Source: Candidatus Daviesbacteria bacterium
GTDB taxonomy: Bacteria; Patescibacteriota; Microgenomatia; Daviesbacterales; UBA10151
Length of the DNA: 64,000 bases
Direction: 5' to 3'
Assembly (NCBI GenBank): GCA_028687915.1
Contig: JAQTZF010000001.1
Location: 290,634-354,633 of the forward strand
Shown: piece after piece, positions 20,072 to 28,500 of the stretch
Layout of the letters: every line of letters starts with the position of its first letter
Position numbering within the stretch: the stretch's first letter is position 1
Made by a program: the position numbers and the translations under genes
The notes under the pieces: model-generated
The model's input: only the letters and a program-made list of their open reading frames with translations
What the model was told of the DNA's origin: nothing
The model's database searches: none

Positions 20072-21352
20072 TTACGATGGTTTTGGAGCTTTTTCCAATT
20101 TCACTGTTATTTCCGATGTCAGATTATTATGTAGAACAGTTAACTTAACTGTTTGGTTAACTTGCTTTTGGCTGATTATTGAAGAGAGAGAAGTATTTTG
20201 GTCCAACTTAACACCATCAATTTCTAGGATAATGTCGTTTTCTTTAATTCCGGCTTTATCAGCAGGTGATCCGGGGATAACTGCCAGATCTGTTATTGTT
20301 TGTCCGCGGGAAACGAGTACACCATAATCGACTGATAAATTATTTTTATCTTTTAGTTCTTGAGTAATCTGAATATAACGGATGCCAAGATAAGGACGAA
20401 TAATTTCTCCATTTTTTTGTACTGAATCTACAATATACTTAACATTATTTGAAGGTAAGGCAAAAGCAATGTTTTGGGCTGTTTGCTCAATTGCAGTATT
20501 TACTCCGATGACATGGCCAGATAAGTCCAATAGTGGTCCTCCCGAATTCCCCAGATTAATGGCTGCATCAGTTTGAATGATATTCTCCAGTTGTTCTGGA
20601 CGACCAGAGAAGTCTCCTGCTGTTATAGAACGTGAAAGTCCTGATATAACTCCAACTGATACAGAATTACGAAATTCCGCCAAAGCGTTTCCAATAGCAA
20701 TAACAGTTTGTCCTGGTTTTAATAAATCAGAGTTGCCAAATGAAAGATATGAAAAATTATTGCCTTTAATTTTTAGAATTGCAATATCAAGCGCCGTATC
20801 TTTTGCTAAAACTTCTGCATCGTATTTTTTGCCATCATTTGTAAGAACTGTGTAACTGGCTTGGTCATCAGCTACTACATGACGGTTTGTTACTATTAAG
20901 CCATCAGGAGAGACAAAAAAACCTGACCCTCCGCCAATATTTTGTTTCTCGACTCTGTTTTGATTTAATTGTGGGCTTGGTGAACCAAAATTATTGTTAA
21001 AAAGATAATTAAAGAAATTATTTTCCTGAAAATTATTACCAAAATATCTTTGAATAACAGGAACATCCTTGGTAATAATAATAGATACAACAGCATTATT
21101 GGTCTTTTGTACTATATCTGTAATACTTGATTCTTCAACTACAGAATTAGGTGAGAGAATATTAGTTTGAGACATCTGAGGATTAAATTTGTTGAATAAA
21201 GAAGTAACTACTTTATTGAATAAACTATTTTGCGTGATAATTAAAAATTCAAATAAGCTAATTAAAACAATAACAGTAAAGATACTAGTGAAGAGACTGA
21301 CAATAATTGTAGTTTTGTTTGTTTTGATAATTGTTTTAAAACTCCCAATCAT
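20072..21352 (-). CDS. htrA: HtrA/DegP family serine protease with a PDZ domain
   Basis: Catalytic triad context (…TNRHVV…D…GNSGGPLL) and a C-terminal PDZ domain. Confidence 0.9.
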   Translation of the reverse strand: MIGSFKTIIKTNKTTIIVSLFTSIFTVIVLISLFEFLIITQNSLFNKVVTSLFNKFNPQMSQTNILSPNSVVEESSITDIVQKTNNAVVSIIITKDVPVIQRYFGNNFQENNFFNYLFNNNFGSPSPQLNQNRVEKQNIGGGSGFFVSPDGLIVTNRHVVADDQASYTVLTNDGKKYDAEVLAKDTALDIAILKIKGNNFSYLSFGNSDLLKPGQTVIAIGNALAEFRNSVSVGVISGLSRSITAGDFSGRPEQLENIIQTDAAINLGNSGGPLLDLSGHVIGVNTAIEQTAQNIAFALPSNNVKYIVDSVQKNGEIIRPYLGIRYIQITQELKDKNNLSVDYGVLVSRGQTITDLAVIPGSPADKAGIKENDIILEIDGVKLDQNTSLSSIISQKQVNQTVKLTVLHNNLTSEITVKLEKAPKPS

Positions 21353-21451
21353 AATTTGGATAGTATTTTAAAATAAAATATTTTTTGTTGTCAATATTTA
21401 CAAACCTATATCTATTATATCACTTATCAATCTGGTGTTATACTGATTTTA

Positions 21452-22402
21452 ATGTTAGCTAAGATAATATCTGGAGCAAATGTGGGGATAGAATCTGTTG
21501 CTGTAACGGTGGAAATTGATATTGCTTCACAAGGTTTACCTTCTTTTACTCTGGTAGGATTGGCTGATAGGGCAGTTGAAGAATCAAGAGAAAGAGTGAG
21601 GTCTGCTTTAAAAAATACTGGTGCTGATTTTCCAGCCAAAAGAATTACTGTTAATTTAGCACCAGCTGATTTACCAAAAGTTGGGCCTGCTTTTGATTTA
21701 CCAATAGCTTTAGGATTGCTTATTGCTTCTGGACAGGTGGTAGGGGATTTATCAGACACTATGTTGGTGGGTGAATTATCTCTTGATGGAAGTTTAAGGT
21801 CTACCAATGGGATTTTGGCTTTTACAATTTTAGCTAAAAGTTTGGGTTTAAAAAGAATTTTTGTTCCCCTTGAGAATGCAATTGAAGCAGCAGTGGTGGA
21901 AGGAATAGAAGTATATGGATTTGAAAATTTACTGGAAGTTTTTAATTTCTTAAGTGGAAATTTAGAAAAATCACAACAACCTCTAACAGATTTAGATAGA
22001 AGTGATGATTTATTATATGAATATGATTTTAAAGAAATTAAAGGCCAAAATCAGGCTAAAAGAGCACTTGAAATTGCAGCAGCTGGTGGACATAATGTTA
22101 TATTAAAAGGCCCTCCTGGAGCAGGGAAGACGCTTTTGGCGCGTGCTTTTCCATCTATTTTACCAAAGCTTACTAAAGAAGAATCTTTAGAGATTACCAA
22201 AATTTATTCTGTAACAGGTAATTTATCTAAAGGTTCATCACTAATTACCACACGTCCTTTTCGTTCACCTCACCATACTGCCTCCTATGTTGGAATAATC
22301 GGGGGAGGAAATAATATTAAACCAGGTGAAGTGTCTTTAGCTCATAGAGGTGTATTATTTTTGAATGAAGTGTCTGAGTTCTCGAAGAAATTTTGCTTCT
22401 GA
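21452..22402 (+). CDS. comM: ComM/YifB Mg-chelatase-like AAA+ ATPase, N-terminal fragment, truncated by prophage insertion
   Basis: Lon-like N-terminal domain, Walker A GPPGAGKT and start of Walker B (LAHRGVLFL). The last 12 codons (NEVSEFSKKFCF*) are phage-derived. The remainder of the gene resumes at 59830. Confidence 0.85.
   Translation: MLAKIISGANVGIESVAVTVEIDIASQGLPSFTLVGLADRAVEESRERVRSALKNTGADFPAKRITVNLAPADLPKVGPAFDLPIALGLLIASGQVVGDLSDTMLVGELSLDGSLRSTNGILAFTILAKSLGLKRIFVPLENAIEAAVVEGIEVYGFENLLEVFNFLSGNLEKSQQPLTDLDRSDDLLYEYDFKEIKGQNQAKRALEIAAAGGHNVILKGPPGAGKTLLARAFPSILPKLTKEESLEITKIYSVTGNLSKGSSLITTRPFRSPHHTASYVGIIGGGNNIKPGEVSLAHRGVLFLNEVSEFSKKFCF
22358..22390. repeat. attL: core (22358-22369) plus phage-side integrase core-type arm (22370-22390)
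   Basis: The arm GTGTCTGAGTTCTCGAAGAAA is the near-perfect inverted complement of the arm at 59811-59829. Confidence 0.55.
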
Positions 22403-22554
22403 TCTTCTTAAATTTCCTCTTGCAAAATCTAGGTCTATAACCAGTGAAGCATATTTAATTGTCGTTGTCAAGTGCTTTTTTTCTGACCGCAAAAAGATGG
22501 CATAATGACTATGAACAATGAAGCAGTTATCAGTCCTGCCTCTATAATAAAATC

Positions 22555-23637
22555 ATGAGCTATCAAAAATTCCTCTCGGAATATACGGATTTTATCAGGT
22601 ATGACCGAGACCTTTCTGAGCATACTGTCGAGGTGCGGGAGCAATGGCTCAACCGCTTCTTTCGTGATCTCGGCGACAAGGAATTCACTTTTGAAAATAT
22701 CCGCGAGCATCTTCGAAACTATAAAAGGGGCAATCTCTCTCCGAATTACATCAATGTCCTGGTGACCTCTCTCAACTCCTTCCTGCGATTTCTGATCGCT
22801 GAAAAACACCAACCCCTGGAAGACTTCACCTCCAACCTCAACCAACTGCGCCCGAAGAAAAAGTTCGTTTTGTATCAGACGCTTTCCCTGGATGAGATCG
22901 AGAAGCTGATCAGCCCGCCACCGCGCAAAAATAACTACAATGTTTTCGGCAAGCCCCACCTATATCCGAAGTATAAAAAGTGCGATGAGATGTGGTCGCT
23001 GCTGCTGGAATTTCTCGCAAAGACTGGCTGCCGTCCTGGAGAAGTGATCGATCTCAATGTTGGCGATCTTAACTTTGGCACTGACGAGTTTATAATCCGC
23101 GAGACAAAGACCGATGAGCAGCGCATTGTGCCGATCCCTCCTGACATGACCACGAAAATGCGTGAGTGGATTAAAAGCAGAGGCGAGATTCCGCCTTCCT
23201 CTCCACTGTTTATCACCATGCACTTTGCCAGGACTCGTCCTAATTCCAGGATCGGCGAGTCGATGATCAATAAAATCATCAGGGAGAGAGCCAGGAGAGC
23301 TGGGCTGCATGTCGACAAGCGCTTCCACGCCCATAGTTTCCGCCATTCTTTTGTGACTGAAATGCTCCGCCAGGATGTCGCGATCTCAAAGGTGCAGCGC
23401 ATCGTCGGTCACCGCAAAGTCGACACGACCATGATTTACACCCACATGGTTGTCGATGACCTCCGCCAGGCGATGCTGAAACACCCTCTAATTCGCAAAT
23501 CACAAGACCCGCATGCTATTATCGAGAGCGTGAAAGAGGAGATTAAATCATTCAAATTGCACGGCGACGAGCGTTTTGATTACACATTAACCGAGCGGAA
23601 CGACGGCTTCTCCTTCGAGCTATCCCTTAAGAAGTAG
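22555..23637 (+). CDS. tyrosine site-specific integrase (phage integrase family)
   Basis: 360 aa. Catalytic R…HxxR…Y residues lie in HAHSFRHSFVTEMLR…HRKVDTTMIYTHM. An N-terminal SAM-like domain is present. Confidence 0.9.
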   Translation: MSYQKFLSEYTDFIRYDRDLSEHTVEVREQWLNRFFRDLGDKEFTFENIREHLRNYKRGNLSPNYINVLVTSLNSFLRFLIAEKHQPLEDFTSNLNQLRPKKKFVLYQTLSLDEIEKLISPPPRKNNYNVFGKPHLYPKYKKCDEMWSLLLEFLAKTGCRPGEVIDLNVGDLNFGTDEFIIRETKTDEQRIVPIPPDMTTKMREWIKSRGEIPPSSPLFITMHFARTRPNSRIGESMINKIIRERARRAGLHVDKRFHAHSFRHSFVTEMLRQDVAISKVQRIVGHRKVDTTMIYTHMVVDDLRQAMLKHPLIRKSQDPHAIIESVKEEIKSFKLHGDERFDYTLTERNDGFSFELSLKK

Positions 23638-23647
23638 TTGTATAATT

Positions 23648-23950
23648 GTGCATATGGCTGACCACAAAAAAAAGGCTCAGGAGATCGTTGCCCGCGCCTA
23701 TAATTTATCCGATGCTTTCGAAGAAACTGTTGAGGAGCTTTTTAACTACCTGGACAGTGTGAAGGAAAAAAGGCGCAAGCAGTTTGGTGAGGACTCCGAA
23801 CCCTATAAAACATCAGTGCAATATGTCGCGATGTGCCGAGAGATTCTGAAAAAAATCCAGACTAACCACGCCGAGGGGTTTGACCTTCTTCTCGAATTCG
23901 TCAAAGACCACATCGAGAAAGAACAGCTCGAAGACTCTCCGTCTACTTAA
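23648..23950 (+). CDS. hypothetical protein (prophage; possible moron or lysogeny gene)
   Basis: 100-aa ORF co-directional with the integrase and GC-rich. No motif recognized. Confidence 0.4.
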   Translation: MHMADHKKKAQEIVARAYNLSDAFEETVEELFNYLDSVKEKRRKQFGEDSEPYKTSVQYVAMCREILKKIQTNHAEGFDLLLEFVKDHIEKEQLEDSPST

Positions 23951-24194
23951 AAAATACCCTGAATACGACATCAATAATGATCGTCACTATGGCAACTGCC
24001 ACGCTGATTTTTACAGTGATGGTATTTACCTGGATTTTCAAATTGTCTACATCGCACTGCAGTGTATGCAGGTGGTTGTTTTTGATCTCACCCAGGTCTT
24101 TGTTGATATAGTTCAAGCCATTGTCGACGCGCTCCTCCAGCTTGGCGACTCTTTCGATGATTTGTGTGTTGGTTGTTCCGTTATCGTTTGCCAT
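23943..24194 (-). CDS. small lysis-associated membrane protein (coiled coil plus C-terminal TM)
   Basis: 83 aa, last gene of the late operon. The C-terminus ISVAVAIVTIIIDVVF is hydrophobic. Confidence 0.4.
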   Translation of the reverse strand: MANDNGTTNTQIIERVAKLEERVDNGLNYINKDLGEIKNNHLHTLQCDVDNLKIQVNTITVKISVAVAIVTIIIDVVFRVFFK

Positions 24195-24206
24195 AGTGAT
24201 TTCGCA

Positions 24207-24479
24207 TTAAAACGGCAATTTATCAACTAGAGCGGTTTTGTCTTCCGATCCGAAGATGTCTCTGAGTAACTTCCCGATGGCGTTCACCCCCGCGACTAAT
24301 CCAGAAAGCAGGAACGGATATGCGAGTAGGGTTTTGAAATTCTCCCAGCTGGCGAATGCTTCCGCTCCTGTATTGATCAGCACTATCGATCCAGTCACAA
24401 AAAAGGCTGAGACAAAAACTCTCAGAAACCTCCAGGCGACTTTCTTCCACTCAGGGTATAGTTGATCTAATGGGTTCAT
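24207..24479 (-). CDS. holin-like protein (2 TM)
   Basis: 90 aa with two TM helices. Lies directly downstream of the endolysin gene with a 4-nt overlap. Confidence 0.45.
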   Translation of the reverse strand: MNPLDQLYPEWKKVAWRFLRVFVSAFFVTGSIVLINTGAEAFASWENFKTLLAYPFLLSGLVAGVNAIGKLLRDIFGSEDKTALVDKLPF

Positions 24480-25588
24480 GCTTTCTTCACCTCCTTTCTA
24501 TTGATTAAATTTTTAATGAAGTTGGTCAATGCTGTGATCACCGCGTTTATGATGCTGGTTTTTACTGGGAGCTGACCCTTCTGACAGGCTTCGAGCTGGC
24601 TTTTGGCAGTTTGAGCCTCTAATAGCGCCCGACCTTTGGCTTTGTTGGCTTCGTCGAGTTCCCCCTCCAGCACCTTCACTCTACCCTCGGCTACCTTGAC
24701 GATTTCAGGCAGGTTTTTGATGTCCTTTTTAAGCGCATCGAGCAGGTCTTTATAATACTTTTCCTTCTCTAGCACTAGCTTTTCGAGTCTGCTAACCTGT
24801 TCGGTTCGGTTGGTGATTTCAGTGTTTGCCACATCGAGGTCTTTTTGCTTCTCTCCCAGCTGGTTTTTCAGGTCAGTTTCCCTCGATTTATACCCTGCAG
24901 CCACACTCTTAACTTTGTCGCTGGGGGTAGTGTTTGGGTCGTCAGTTATCTCAAGAATCTTGAGAGTCTCTGCCCATTTTGTAGCGCTGGCAACTATCTG
25001 CTCGTATTTTGTGCGCCATTCTGGAGTGTTTGGCACAAGGCAACCCTCGGCTGCATCGATTGCTGCAGGCGTTCCTTCATACCAACACCAGGAATAAATC
25101 AATTTCTGAGCTGTCACGCCCCAGCTGGTGATCCTTTTTTCCGCTCCGTCCCAGGGGTCTTGCACTATAAAGTCGTCGCCGTCATAACCGATAGCCAGAA
25201 TCCAGTGTTCGTCGAATGCACTGGTTGAAGGGATCGTGTCGATCTGTAAAAAGACTGGGAAGCCTTTGTCGATTGCTCCTCTGATCTGGTTCATTTGATC
25301 CTGGGTAAGTGCCTGGCTGTTTGACCACTTGCCTGAGTATTTGAGACCCGCAAACAATTTCGGGATCGCTCCCCAGATTAAGAGATTGCCGTCCTGGTAT
25401 CCGCCGTTTTGAGTCATTTTTTCGTTTAAGGTGAGCGGTGTCTCTTTGAATCCGTAATAGCTCACTGACATGGTGGCGCAGTTTAAGAGGCATCCCACTC
25501 CTCCGATTGTGCCTTTTGTCCCCATCGGGCTGTTCTTCCAGCGGGGATCGTTCTGACAATATGTGACTGGTAGTGTTAGTTTTTTCAT
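24476..25588 (-). CDS. endolysin candidate with N-terminal C39-like (papain-fold) peptidase domain and C-terminal coiled coil
   Basis: Cys nucleophile context GGVGCLLNCATM and His context HWILAIGYDGDDFIVQDPW (peptidase_C39_2 / DUF3335-like). About 140 C-terminal residues of heptad-rich coiled coil end in an amphipathic helix. Confidence 0.6.
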   Translation of the reverse strand: MKKLTLPVTYCQNDPRWKNSPMGTKGTIGGVGCLLNCATMSVSYYGFKETPLTLNEKMTQNGGYQDGNLLIWGAIPKLFAGLKYSGKWSNSQALTQDQMNQIRGAIDKGFPVFLQIDTIPSTSAFDEHWILAIGYDGDDFIVQDPWDGAEKRITSWGVTAQKLIYSWCWYEGTPAAIDAAEGCLVPNTPEWRTKYEQIVASATKWAETLKILEITDDPNTTPSDKVKSVAAGYKSRETDLKNQLGEKQKDLDVANTEITNRTEQVSRLEKLVLEKEKYYKDLLDALKKDIKNLPEIVKVAEGRVKVLEGELDEANKAKGRALLEAQTAKSQLEACQKGQLPVKTSIINAVITALTNFIKNLINRKEVKKA

Positions 25589-25592
25589 AGGT

Positions 25593-28500
25593 TTATTTGA
25601 AAAGTCCTAGCGGATCATTTCCTTTTGTTGCCCCGCCTCCTGTCGGGAACATTTGCCCCATTGTTGGTTTAGCGGAAGGCGCTGGTGCGCTGCCTCCCAT
25701 CAAACCCAGTGGGTCATTCGCTCTCGGTGCGCTTCCGCCAGGTTTTAACACAGGATTTTTAGTGCCTGCTGGCGCACTGAGTTTGAGTAATCGCTGCATG
25801 TCGCTCGCGTCGAACATCACACTCTTTTGAAAGCTCACCGCTTCTTTTGGATCGTCGGCGAACAGGAGAGGAGTTATCTGCGGGACAATGAGTTTGGCTT
25901 TGTTATTCCAGTCGGTTGCGATCTTTTGGGCTTGCGGTAAATTGCCTGCAGTCAGTGCTTTTTGCACCTGGATTCTGGCGGTGTTGTATCCGACAGTGGT
26001 ATCGTCCAGGAGTTGCCAGGCTGCATTCTCTTTTGCTCCTCCCTGGGTTCTGACGAATCTCTGCAGCGACGCACCAACTAGATCGCTCGGATTGAAGACA
26101 TACTTGCTGCTTGAACCGAATAACCCAGTGGCGATGTGGGCGATTCTCATCGGACTCCATCCGACGGCTCGTCCCAGCATTACTGCCAGAGGTTCTGTCT
26201 TCTCGTTATATTGCTCGGTAGGTGCGACCTTCTCCAATTTTCTCGGAATGATCGGGAATCCTGTAAATAGATTCAAGTTTGTGACTTCTTCGACCAGGGT
26301 TTTCAATGCTGGCGGTAGCGCTCCTCCCAGGAAAGCACTGCCTGATAATTCGCCGTCTCTACTGAAAGGAACTGGTGAGAGTTGGCTTGTCCATTCGACT
26401 GCCAATTTCAGCAGGTTGGCTGGCTCTTGCTTCCTCACATACTCAAAGGCGTATTCGAGCGGATTGTAGAAAATAGCACCCATGTCTCCTTTGGGAATCT
26501 GCAGCACTTTCGGCACTGTTTTGCCTTCCTTGTCTTTTTCAGAGCCTAAAATGATAATGAAATACTGATCCTTTGCCCACTGCGGGATGTCGTCCCAGAG
26601 GTCTTCGTGATTCATGATGTTATAGAAATAGGTGGCGACACCTGGCATGACAATGAGCGCCATTGCTTTGAGTGCCGACTTGAGCGGGTTTTCTTTGAAA
26701 GCATCTTTGACTCTGAGGAGTCCTTGCCAGCGGGCATTCACGAAAGGAATCCACTGGTTGATGATCCTCATCTCTTTGCCTGCTTTTGCAAAATCGACTG
26801 TGGCATTTCGGGCTTCGAAAGCTGCCTCGGTTGTCGTCACTCCTGGCTTGGCAATACCTTTTTTGTAGATGCCCAGTCTCGGCGCGAGTTCTACCGCTTC
26901 AGAGAAGTTGCTAATAAGCTGGAAGGGATTGATGATCGCCTTTGTTTTCGTCCACCAGGATGGCGTGAACAATTCTTTTGAAACAACTGACAGCTGCTTC
27001 GCGTTGCCGATATAACCGCCGTATCCTCCCTGGTTTTTCAAGAAATCATCATAGGCTTTCGACTCCCATTTGAATGCTCCCTTGAAGCCATCCATGAGTC
27101 CTGAGAGCCAGTTGACTGGACTGAAGCCCCACTTCGTCACTATCGATGCGGTCTGGAAGTCGCGGATCGCGTTGGTCAGGGTAAAAGGAATATAGAAGGT
27201 GGTCACACCCGCCTTGAATGCTCTGGTTGATGCCATTGCCAGTTTGCCCATGACGCCTGCCTCAGCTGGACTGAGTGCGTGCATCGCTTCGGACAGCTCT
27301 TTTGGCACAGCCCAGCGCGTCACCTTGCCGTTTATGAAGGCACTGATGGTGTCCCAGTCCTTCGGCGCTTTGGCGTCTTTGTAGAGATATTTTATAAATT
27401 CTTTTGCTTCGGGATGACTCTTTCTCAGATCGATCAATTTCCTGGCGACTTCGTTTCTCTTGGTCAGGTTGATTGCTTTGCTGAGGTTGTCGACGATTGA
27501 TTCAAAAGGATCGCGAATCTGTTTTTCCGTTCCTTTTAATCCCTGAATGACACCCTGTTTGCTGACAGAGAATGTCTCGCTGCCTGCCTGCATCTGGTCT
27601 GCTTGTTTAGCATCAGGTAGGTAGTCGAGGACATGGAATGGCATCCAGCTCTTATTTTTCTCGACAACGGCATTGAATGCCTTTTTGCTGATCAGTCCTG
27701 TGTCTCTCATCGGTTCGAGGATGTTTCGGATCGACCAATTCTGGATCGCTTGCCCTGCCTGTTCGAACTGCTTATAAACTTTCTCGCCGACTTTTTCTTT
27801 CAATTCAGTGAGAGCTTTTTCTCCTGTTTCTTTGGTCACACCTGCTGGGTTGTCGAAGCCTCTGTCGGCTCTTTCGATGGCACGCTGCGCCAGGACATAG
27901 CGGGTGAAGTCTGGTCGGAATTTTCTCACTGGTGAGACGATCTTTTGCAGATCACGGAAAGCGACCTCAATCGTTCCGAATCTGCCCGCGTAGAGTCGCG
28001 CTGCAATATAAGGACTGGAATCAATATCGATGGGGAGTCCCTGCAGTTTGCTGACTGTTTCCTCGAATTGCTTCATAGGAGCATAGCGGTCAGTGAAGTT
28101 TCTGCTAAACCAGGGCTTGACCCCTTTGAGCCAGTCTGCCACTGATGCAGCTTTTCCGAGTTTGCCGACCATTTTATCGATCTGCTCCAGGGCGCTACCT
28201 TCTGGCGGTGGAGGAGCTTGAGTGATCGGTTCTTCTTTTGGTGGTCGTGGTGCGCTTCCTTTCGGAGGAGTCGCCATTTCGTCAGCCCGCATCTTTTTGG
28301 GTGCTTTGACTTTGCCCTGCATTCTCTCCTGGAATTTCTTCAGGTAGGCTTCTTTGTCTTTCATGATTTCGCCAACACTGGGGACACGCTCGGCATCCAG
28401 GAGTTCTTTTTCTTCTGGTCGATATTTAAGTCTGATTTCTTCTGCCTTCGCTGCTTTTTGCTCCTGGGCAGTGAATTGCTGCGCGATCTGATCATCGATC

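Noticed and set aside
22468-22959. 163-aa minus-strand ORF overlapping the integrase 5' region
   Set aside because: It is antisense to the well-supported integrase gene and has no RBS or motif. This is a typical shadow ORF in GC-rich DNA.
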